Of a stretch of 52,390 nt of DNA, positions 10,701 through 17,684 are shown piece after piece. The notes beneath the pieces were generated by a model. It did no database searches, was not told the DNA's origin, and saw nothing but the letters and a program-made list of their open reading frames with translations. Source of the DNA: Promethearchaeia archaeon (GTDB taxonomy: Archaea > Asgardarchaeota > Lokiarchaeia > Sigyniarchaeales > SOKP01); assembly GCA_029856145.1 (NCBI GenBank), contig JAHQWK010000007.1:1-52390 (forward strand), read 5' to 3'. Each line of letters opens with the position of its first letter. Position 1 is the stretch's first letter. A program made the translations under genes and the position numbers.

Positions 10701-11113
10701 ATGACGTTAAAGAATTTATTACAAATAGTTATTCTAATAAACAAATTAATATAATTATTGAACATCCAACTGAGGATCTATATGTAAAAGCTGATAAGTT
10801 TCTAGTAGATGTTTTTGTTAATATCCTTATTAGTTCGATTAGATATAACAAAAGACCTACAATAGAGATTAAAATCATTATCTTTAGAAGTCAAAAGGAT
10901 GACCTAAATTATATTAAAATAAAAATAATCGACTATCAGAAAGAGATTTTAAATATCGGGAAAGAAATGATATTTAAGAAAGAAAGAGAAAAGGATGGTA
11001 AAATTAAAGAAATAATTTTAGGATTTCTATTGGTCGAGCGTGTCTTAAATAATTACAATGGAAAAATATGGGTAGAAGGAGATTCTTTTGTAATTTTATT
11101 ACCCGAAGCTTAA
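7742..11113 (+). CDS. Arf-like small GTPase fused to longin/uDENN-like, 2x PAS, GAF and degenerate histidine-kinase domains
   Basis: GLSVAGKT (G1), PT (G2), DIPG (G3), NKID (G4); PAS starts RYEALFKAARDAILIID and KYRHLFKDSPFSILLID; GAF-like region; degenerate HisKA/HATPase ending NGKIWVEG..FVILLP. Confidence 0.85.
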   Translation: MRILILSHRNPYFPPYIFLKMPEAIQRDDIKQVPLLIDLYDSGFFKHAFGTFKTANLIFEIPSEYSRTKKERLLISLVIDSKSKINSTLAQKFLEGLVEDFKKIEDAFKAFYVDSKIYEGDPTKLEEIRALLNAFNISFPEEEVIFEQKEAKILIFGLSVAGKTTIIRTRRKSVSKTIFPTINVDISRILVNNVSLLTYDIPGKYKVKEIWKPYLKNQDGLIFVLDVTDKIKFSYARELLHEIAGKPELSELPLLILFNKIDLKQPDINDLEEAMGLKKLGKRPIKSFLTSGIKNINIDEAFNWLSLKIAERIEQYIPRREVGIIFCRWDENLGIKIEAVHPKDAFENPELISVKSFSISQFIFGGDEIRPTSVILPFPHLNSNAAIYFDYVQNESIRGGLLPLSLIIYYNEKIPKNIINQFSSFILKQFDDIKKNYSNKKQVVDILESIHSTIINQIALFQPSIEALKIAELRYEALFKAARDAILIIDKKSGIIMDANKEAEKLFQRPFEDFIGLHSSQILSGIINIDFNEEVFDQLNYPFPLRLEVIDNSGNLIPVEISVNEVQMGGQIFVQYIIRDISKRIEAEIKLKHSEIKYRHLFKDSPFSILLIDPKGSLVDFNPALEETLGYTREELMGRKFVDLSLIHQDYLVEVLKRLKKEERGKIFPPLEIQLYQKNGKLIWVNMQSSFVNIGDETFYQIICQNITEQKKIEQELKKISRLKAIITGIVSRFVGIQDFNQAIIDSLRDVGEFVNATRAYLYIFNNNFNFIKRNYVWYGKLIYPQINLPENILINNFPSVIEKLKKSDYFYVKNVDTLPKEAINLKSFLENQKVKNFLTFSVKINGILEGIVCFDNIKDEDYWIEENLELLSIISDILKNVMLRKLAEENLRISKETIHQEFDREYFYKELFVNDINTIIKNIQSLLDEYTKQDNQILLKPKRELLFYIKDQCINGQLLIYIIKKLTLINETNVVIKPVNINNVIDDVKEFITNSYSNKQINIIIEHPTEDLYVKADKFLVDVFVNILISSIRYNKRPTIEIKIIIFRSQKDDLNYIKIKIIDYQKEILNIGKEMIFKKEREKDGKIKEIILGFLLVERVLNNYNGKIWVEGDSFVILLPEA

Positions 11114-11206
11114 AAAAATATTTAATCTTCAATATTTAATTAGTATAGTCTCTAACTCATCTTAATAATGTTGAAAATCCATTAAGAATTCCATCCTCTA
11201 CTAATT

Positions 11207-11257
11207 AATAAAATCAATTACGAAATCCTACGATTTCTCCATTTATATTTAGGAAAT
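11207..11257 (+). repeat. Intergenic copy of the 51-bp segment from the ORF at 6491-7429
   Basis: aataaaatcaattacgaaatcctacgatttctccatttatatttaggaaat (NKINYEILRFLHLYLGN). Confidence 0.85.
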
Positions 11258-11342
11258 AAATTAAAAAAAAAGATTAGGTTTAAAAAGATTATAAAAATGA
11301 TATTTTTATGTTCAATTATTTACCAATTAAATTATTTATTTA

Positions 11343-11648
11343 TTAGTAACGTCTTTTTCCACCGCCACCTTTTCTACCTCCACCAAATGAAAAATCTTGG
11401 CGTGGGGCTTTTTTAGTGACGACCACATTACTAGCTTGTGGACCTTTTTGACCTTCTACGACATCAAATGTTACTTCATCGTTTTCATTCAAGGTCTTAT
11501 ATTCATCATCTTCTCCACTTAATGCAGAGAAATGAACAAACACATCAGATCCATCTTCAGAGTTTATGAATCCAAACCCTTTCCGTGAATTAAACCATTT
11601 TAAATAAACGAGGATTTCTCATTAATTTTTTACGGTTCCGTTTGCCAT
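11343..11648 (-). CDS. cspA: Cold-shock domain protein with a Gly/Arg-rich tail, split by a 30-nt insert: complement(join(11343..11597,11628..11648)), 91 aa
   Basis: Joined translation MANGTVK|[84 protein letters not shown] has intact RNP1 (KGFGFI) and RNP2 (VFVHF). Confidence 0.9.
11598..11627 (-). other. Candidate bulge-helix-bulge (tRNA-type) intron in csp mRNA
   Basis: Insert AATTAATGAGAAATCCTCGTTTATTTAAAA has in-frame TAA TGA, forms a hairpin and gives BHB-like geometry with the exon helix GAACC/GGUUU. Removal restores VK-WFN exactly. Confidence 0.6.
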
Positions 11649-11731
11649 TGTAAATTTTAACCTTTTATTTCTTTATTAAATTATATTTCATCTTTGTTAT
11701 TTTTTATCGTTCAAATAAGTAATACTTGAAC

Positions 11732-11785
11732 AATATTTAAGAAGAATGCTAAGGAATTAAACTTTTGGATGATTTCTTAAATATT
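11732..11785. promoter_or_regulatory. 12-bp perfect inverted repeat upstream of csp
   Basis: aatatttaagaa (11732-11743) / ttcttaaatatt (11774-11785), 30-nt spacer. Confidence 0.3.
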
Positions 11786-11912
11786 TCATGGAATGGAATT
11801 TTAATCTTATTTGTATCAAACGTTTGTTTTTTTTTTTTAAGATTTTTTTAAGATTTTTTCATTCTTCGAATATTTTTAAAACAAGAATTTCTATTTCTGT
11901 TAGGTATTAAAT

Positions 11913-12506
11913 TCACTGCTCTTCATGTTCTATTATAAAGGTCTCCTTGGGTGTCTTTCTTGTTTCTCTTACTCGTTGTTTTAACTCTTTTCTTGTATCA
12001 AAATCAATATTTTCAAAAAGTAAGTCATATTCCTCCCATTCGAAGTAATCTAAGTAGCCCTCTTTAATCAAAAAAGTCATTACATTTAAATCTCCACTCT
12101 TAAACCTTTTAAGTATCTCCATCTTAAAAACTTCTTTCGCTAATGGATCTCCTGCAATTGTTAACTTTTTTAATAACGGGAAAGACAGATTCGCATGAAG
12201 CATTTGAGTATCATAATTATTCTCTGCCCAAGCTTGTATGTTTGAGCAATGAGCCCAAAACTCAACCTCAGAGTCGATTTGGTAATTTTGAGTGTCTATT
12301 GAATCATTAAATTCTAGTGATTTGTCCAATTTTTCAGCTAATCTGTCAATTGACAAAAAATCCTTATTATAAACGATAAAATTATCATTAGTATCTTGTA
12401 ATAGCAGATATTTGCACTGAATTATTTTCATATCATTGATATAGACATTTGTCCTGTCCTCTTCCAGTCGTAATGAAATATAATCATTTATTTTGAATTC
12501 CTTCAT
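11913..12506 (-). CDS. Lokiarchaeal conserved domain protein (N-terminal module usually found on LRR proteins), stand-alone here
   Basis: KEFKINDYISLRLE...QCKYLLL...EFWAHCSNIQAWAENNYDT..LHANLSFPLLKKL..AGDP signature. Confidence 0.75.
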   Translation of the reverse strand: MKEFKINDYISLRLEEDRTNVYINDMKIIQCKYLLLQDTNDNFIVYNKDFLSIDRLAEKLDKSLEFNDSIDTQNYQIDSEVEFWAHCSNIQAWAENNYDTQMLHANLSFPLLKKLTIAGDPLAKEVFKMEILKRFKSGDLNVMTFLIKEGYLDYFEWEEYDLLFENIDFDTRKELKQRVRETRKTPKETFIIEHEEQ

Positions 12507-12654
12507 AAGAACCGTATTACCGTATTACATTAACTAATTTATTAAATATTCTTAGATATAAATATTATACAAAACTCTTTAATAGATTGATTAAGATGGT
12601 TGAAAAAAAAAATTGTTACCAAAGAAGATATCTTTATAAAAGCCAGAATGATAT

Positions 12655-12828
12655 CTGAAGGTTCTATTTTTATTAGATGAGAAAGTATCTAATAACTTAA
12701 AGAAGAAATTAGTTTCAGGAATATATAATGTTATTACTGTTCAAGATTTAAATAAAAGAAGTGTCGAAAATAGCGAACTATTAGAACTAGCAAGGATTGA
12801 GAACCGATTTCAGGAATTCATTAAGTAA
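12655..12828 (+). pseudogene. Truncated DUF5615/PIN-like toxin fragment
   Basis: Reads LKVLFLLDEKVSNNLKKKLVSGIYNVITVQDLNKRSVENSELLELARIENR...*; no proper start, C-terminal half missing. Confidence 0.5.
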
Positions 12829-12850
12829 AATTTAAGTCTAAAAGTTATTT

Positions 12851-13363
12851 TTAATTTGATAATTCCTTTATTAGATTGCAGATTTTTTGTGAATTTTTTG
12901 TGGAGAAAACAAATGGTCTGCCAGATTGAAATGTTAATTTTACAGCCTCTCCGAAATCTGTGTTATAGGCCCATGAACCATCTACTCCAAATCGAATTCC
13001 TACTCCACCGTAAGTTCTAAAATTTGCTTTAGTTATATCACAACTTGTTATTGCGTTTAAGGGAATTTTCTTATGGTTAAAAATGCCATATACTACTTCA
13101 AGTTGATTACTGGTTAAGGTGATTTTTAGTCTTCTGTAGTTCCAATACATAAGAAAAATAAATAGACTTACAGCGCCAAGCATAATACCTATAAACGCCA
13201 ATTCGCCGGGATTGAAAGCAGTAATTATAATACCGATTGAAATACATAATACGCAAACAAATAGAACTAACCCTTTTACAAGTCTTCCAGCTGGAACCCA
13301 TTCTACATATAATATTTCATCATTTTTTTGGATATTTTTTTCTTTAATTTTTTTAATCACCAA
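12851..13363 (-). CDS. Membrane protein with a bacterial PH-like domain
   Basis: Two TM helices followed by IPLNAI...YGGVGIR...FVFST motif. Confidence 0.65.
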   Translation of the reverse strand: MVIKKIKEKNIQKNDEILYVEWVPAGRLVKGLVLFVCVLCISIGIIITAFNPGELAFIGIMLGAVSLFIFLMYWNYRRLKITLTSNQLEVVYGIFNHKKIPLNAITSCDITKANFRTYGGVGIRFGVDGSWAYNTDFGEAVKLTFQSGRPFVFSTKNSQKICNLIKELSN

Positions 13364-13584
13364 TTTAATTTTGTTTCTTTCACCATACTAACCATAAATA
13401 ATATGGGATTTAAATTTTTCTAAATTTCTTATACATTACAATCTGCTCAGTTTTCTAAATCGTCTAATACCTCCTCTTATTAGTATTTAGCATCATTTTA
13501 AAAGGAGATGATGTATTCTAAAGTTATAATTTTCGGTTAATTTAATTAGTTTTAAATAAAAAAGAAAGAAATATTAATCTAGTT

Positions 13585-15150
13585 ATGAATGAAATTCAAG
13601 AAAGTTCCGAAACAGTAACAGAATTTCGATTGTCAAAGAAGAAGTTCATGTTAAATTTGATAAAGTTAATTCCAAAAATGAAAAAGATTAGGAAAAAAGC
13701 TGAGGAAATTCTACTTGAAACTGAACCATCAAAATTAAAAGTTGAGGCACCAACCTCAGAAACGATTCAGAAAGATTTAGACGATATTTGTAAAGGTCCA
13801 CATCGGAGAATTGGGACAGAAGAAGCTCATGAAATTGAAAATTTTTTAGTAAGGAAATGTAAAGAATTAGGATTGGAATCTGTGAGAAAGGAACCTGTTG
13901 ACGTTATAAATTGGAGTGCAACGAATTGGAAATTAACAATATCAACAGAAAGAGAAGAGATAGAGGTACCATGCTTTTATGTACTTAATACTGGATTTAC
14001 ACCGGAAAACGGAATAGTAGCCCCTCTGGTTTACATTGGTACGGGACAAGAAAAAGATTTTAAAAAAATAGACGTTAGCGATAAGATTGTAGTAGCAGAT
14101 ATCGAATTTCCAACCTTACCTTTAGGGAAATTGATAAAATTAGCAAAACTATTTTATGTTTCTGATCCATCAAATTTAATTGATGATACTACTGAACTCA
14201 TCTTGACATTTGTATTATCCAATTTCCCTCCCCAGGCTTTAGGGGGAAAAAGAAGAGAAGATTCTATGTACTGGCGAGCATTCGATAGAGGGGCGTTGGG
14301 ATTAATATTAATTTTAAGGGATTATCCTTCAAATATTAACAGCCATTGGGGCCCTTATGACGGAGTTATGAAACCTATCCCGGCATTATATGTTGGTAAA
14401 TATGATGGAGTAAGAGTTCGAGAGCTAGCACAGGAAGAAAATGCTCAATGTACTATAATACTTGAAGGGTTTAAAGAAGCAAGCGTAGCACATAATATTT
14501 GGGGCATTTTACCCGGAAATTCAGAGGAAATGATAATGATTTCAAGTCATCATGATTCAGCATTTAAAGGAGCATCTGAGGATGGAACAGGAGTGGCGAT
14601 GGTGTTAGCTCAACTAAGAGCATGGTCAAATGTTCCAAAAGAAGAACGCCCAAGATCTTTATTATTTTGTTTGTCAGCGGGACATCTATATGGTGGAATT
14701 GGTGCTGAAACATTTGCCCGTAAATATAAGGACACCTTATTAAAAAATGTGCTTGTAGATGTAAACTTAGAACATATGTGTGCTAAAGAAGTTATAGAAG
14801 ACCCTGAAACGCATAATTTTAAAATAACTAATAATCTATCAATGGGAGCACTTTTTATCTCTCGAAATGAAAATTTAGTAGCTCCTGTTATTAAGGTTTG
14901 TAGGGATTATAATATTGAAAAAATGCTGTTAATTCCAGATAACTTTTTCGCAACACCTCCAATTGGAGAAGCAGGACATTTTGCAACTCAGGCAGATTTA
15001 AAAGTTATTCATTGGATTAGATCTCCATATTATTTACTAACGGCAGAAGATACTCTTGATAAGATTGATGTAGATAAACTCCATTCTACTGCTCAGTGTG
15101 TATCTGATTTAATCATTTCACTGATGGATATACCGAGGGAATATTATTAA
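13585..15150 (+). CDS. M28-family metallopeptidase with PA domain
   Basis: HRRIGT, PA-like insert, SSHHDS and GASEDGTG zinc-ligand motifs, TAEDTLDKID. Confidence 0.8.
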   Translation: MNEIQESSETVTEFRLSKKKFMLNLIKLIPKMKKIRKKAEEILLETEPSKLKVEAPTSETIQKDLDDICKGPHRRIGTEEAHEIENFLVRKCKELGLESVRKEPVDVINWSATNWKLTISTEREEIEVPCFYVLNTGFTPENGIVAPLVYIGTGQEKDFKKIDVSDKIVVADIEFPTLPLGKLIKLAKLFYVSDPSNLIDDTTELILTFVLSNFPPQALGGKRREDSMYWRAFDRGALGLILILRDYPSNINSHWGPYDGVMKPIPALYVGKYDGVRVRELAQEENAQCTIILEGFKEASVAHNIWGILPGNSEEMIMISSHHDSAFKGASEDGTGVAMVLAQLRAWSNVPKEERPRSLLFCLSAGHLYGGIGAETFARKYKDTLLKNVLVDVNLEHMCAKEVIEDPETHNFKITNNLSMGALFISRNENLVAPVIKVCRDYNIEKMLLIPDNFFATPPIGEAGHFATQADLKVIHWIRSPYYLLTAEDTLDKIDVDKLHSTAQCVSDLIISLMDIPREYY

Positions 15151-15158
15151 TAGATTGA

Positions 15159-15212
15159 TGGATCCTACCCTTAGGCATAGATAAATCCAATTAACCACAA
15201 TTAAAAAATTTG
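15159..15212. repeat. Dispersed ~54-bp intergenic repeat, copy 2
   Basis: tggatcctacccttaggcatagataaatccaattaaccacaattaaaaaatttg; matches 6308-6361. Confidence 0.85.
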
Positions 15213-15295
15213 TAAAAAAAAATCATCTAAAAATTAAATAATAAGAACCCCAAGTATAGATTAAATAACGTCATTATTATAAGGTGATAATAAAA

Positions 15296-15451
15296 TTGAA
15301 AGAATATAAGGTGGAAACTGTAGGTAATATCTACTCCAGTGCAAAACATGGGAAAGAATTCGAAAAGATCTTGAATGATCAGGTAATCGAGGGCTGGGAA
15401 TTAAAATTAGCTGCTTCATTTTACTTAGTTTTTGAAAGAGAGAAAACTTAA
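15296..15451 (+). CDS. Small DUF4177-like protein (51 aa), absent from the ORF track
   Basis: TTG start after AGGTGA; MKEYKVE...FEKILNDQVIEGWELK....LVFEREKT matches the EYKV/LN...GWEL/FER pattern. Confidence 0.7.
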   Translation: MKEYKVETVGNIYSSAKHGKEFEKILNDQVIEGWELKLAASFYLVFEREKT

Positions 15452-15519
15452 AGAGAGCTGCTAGGAAGTATCTACCACTAAATTATTAATCTTCCCTTTT
15501 TCTTTTATTTAAAATTAGC

Positions 15520-16758
15520 TTAAATACGTAGAGCGCGAAATAACGCTGGAATTAAATGTAAGCTACTTGAAATTCCCAAGTGTTTAATAAGCTTTCGCTT
15601 ACGGGATAACATTATCTTCCAAATCTTTTTCCTCGTTTTACTTCTTGTAAACATAGCGATCATTGCTTGCATCATCTCGGGATCTTCCTGAGCCATCGAA
15701 TAGGCAGCATTGATAATTTTTTCTAGGAGTCCGCTGTGGTATAGAAGTGTATGAATTTTGTAAGAATATCTCAATTCTTCTTCATAAAGGTGCATTAACA
15801 AGAGATTATGATATCTCGAAAGACTATTTTCCCCGAAATCTTCCTCTTCATACGCTTTACAGAATATTTCAGCCGCAAGTTTGCCAGATAACCGGGCTTG
15901 GTAGATGCCTTCATATAAAATCGGGTCTGCAGTTCCACATGCATCTCCGATAATCATAACACGATCACGATAGGGCTTCGCAATCAACTTGTCGGGAATC
16001 GGTGCAGCCCAGATCTTATGACATCCAAATACCTTCATTTCTCTCCCCTCAATTTTATCCTTTATGAATGGATAGCGGAGGAAGGATTTAAAATCCCTTA
16101 TCTTTATGCCTCTGCCTAATACACCAATACTCACTGCTTCCCGCTTAGGAAATGCCCAGGCGATACCGTGTTCACTTATGGTGCGATCGAAGAATTCCCA
16201 AACTCGGTTACCGAATTGTCCTGTGATGGCCGATTCAGGAATCGCAAATTCTGCTTGTATTCCATTTATCATGGGTGGAACTTCCATTCCAAGACTTCGT
16301 TGGAGACGTGCTCCCCCAAGACCAGTTGCTAGAATTACACACTTACATCGAAGATCTTGAGGTCCTTTTACGACTACCACTCCACTTTTAAACTCAAAGC
16401 TTTTAGCTCGAAAACCATATGTAACCTCAGCACCAGCGTTACAAGCTATATCTACAAGATATTTATCAAAATCAGTACGAAACATGCAAAATCCCTTGTC
16501 TTTTTTTTCTGTTGTATCGAAATTCATAGGTCCACTTTTAGGGGTTACAATAACTCCCCCTGTCATTTCACGTTCACCAACACCATGCGGAATTGGTGTG
16601 AATTCTTCATTAGTAACTGGAATACCACCAGCACAACACTTATACCGCCCTTCTTTTCCAGCTTCAAGTAGTAAAACTTTTGAACCCTTTTCTGCTGCAA
16701 TCATTGCGGCGGTAGCCCCACCTGGACCACCGCCAACTATTATCAAATCATAAACCAT
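15520..16758 (-). CDS. Geranylgeranyl reductase family flavoprotein
   Basis: YDLIIVGGGPGG, KCCAGGI, AWAFPK, IGDACG..DPI.YEGI. Confidence 0.85.
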   Translation of the reverse strand: MVYDLIIVGGGPGGATAAMIAAEKGSKVLLLEAGKEGRYKCCAGGIPVTNEEFTPIPHGVGEREMTGGVIVTPKSGPMNFDTTEKKDKGFCMFRTDFDKYLVDIACNAGAEVTYGFRAKSFEFKSGVVVVKGPQDLRCKCVILATGLGGARLQRSLGMEVPPMINGIQAEFAIPESAITGQFGNRVWEFFDRTISEHGIAWAFPKREAVSIGVLGRGIKIRDFKSFLRYPFIKDKIEGREMKVFGCHKIWAAPIPDKLIAKPYRDRVMIIGDACGTADPILYEGIYQARLSGKLAAEIFCKAYEEEDFGENSLSRYHNLLLMHLYEEELRYSYKIHTLLYHSGLLEKIINAAYSMAQEDPEMMQAMIAMFTRSKTRKKIWKIMLSRKRKLIKHLGISSSLHLIPALFRALRI

Positions 16759-16963
16759 AAAAATTCCTTCTCAAAATGATATTTTTATTTATTTTTTTTT
16801 TATTCAGAAAGTCTATCATTAAAGAATTTATGCTATAATTTATTAGTTCAAGATTTTTTAATTATTAATTGGTCTTTATTATAATTAGATTTATGATTGT
16901 GAAAAATAAGAGGAAATTTAAGAATTAATTAGAAAAATATGGTTTTATAAGTCTTTTAATATC

Positions 16964-17674
16964 TTACCAGCAATTTAAATCGTAGGTAGGTTGATCACTT
17001 AGTTTTCCATCCTTTATCCAAATGCTTTCTCCAAGTGGATGGTTAGCAACTAAGGATACAACTCTGGGATCGTGCGTGACAATAATCAAAGTTTTTCCAC
17101 TTTCCGCTAAATTTATTAAGAGCTCTACAATCGATTTTCCGGTTTCACTATCCAAGTTCCCCGTTGGTTCATCAGCTAGGATTAGTTTAGGCTCATTAAT
17201 TAATGCACGAGCAACAGCAACTCTTTGAGATTCCCCGCCTGATAATTTACTTACTTTAGTATTAGCTCTATCACCTAACCCAACAATTTCTAATAATTCT
17301 TGTGCTTTTATTCGATCTTTTTCTGAAATACCAAAGGGTACTATAGGGACTAGTACATTTTCTATTACGTTCAGATTAGGTAATAAATAGAAATTCTGAA
17401 ATATAAATCCAACCTGAGATTTGCGATAATTAGATAATTTTCTTTCAGGTAAACTCCCTATCTCAATGTTGTTAACTAAAACTTCTCCAGATGTAGGTTT
17501 ATCCATAGCTCCAAGGATATTCAATAATGTACTTTTTCCGCTTCCAGAAGGACCCATTACAGTGATAATCTTACCCTCTTCAATTTCTAAATTAATTCCA
17601 TCCAAAGCCTTAATTGTAGTCCTTTCTTCACCATAAATTTTACTAACATTTTTTAACGTTATAAGTTGTATCAT
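16964..17674 (-). CDS. ABC transporter ATP-binding protein (LolD/MacB type)
   Basis: GPSGSGKS, LSGGE, LADEPTGNLD. The ATG at 17674 follows a GGAGGTG Shine-Dalgarno. Confidence 0.9.
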   Translation of the reverse strand: MIQLITLKNVSKIYGEERTTIKALDGINLEIEEGKIITVMGPSGSGKSTLLNILGAMDKPTSGEVLVNNIEIGSLPERKLSNYRKSQVGFIFQNFYLLPNLNVIENVLVPIVPFGISEKDRIKAQELLEIVGLGDRANTKVSKLSGGESQRVAVARALINEPKLILADEPTGNLDSETGKSIVELLINLAESGKTLIIVTHDPRVVSLVANHPLGESIWIKDGKLSDQPTYDLNCW

Positions 17675-17684
17675 TAACACCTCC

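Noticed and set aside
11343-11543. ORF-track 66-aa Csp starting at GTG 11543
   Set aside because: It lacks beta1 and RNP1. The canonical N-terminus is present upstream, across the 30-nt insert.
11619-11624. Selenocysteine/pyrrolysine or stop readthrough as an explanation for the csp interruption
   Set aside because: The stops are tandem TAA TGA, and readthrough would put 10 extra residues in the middle of the conserved VKWFN strand.
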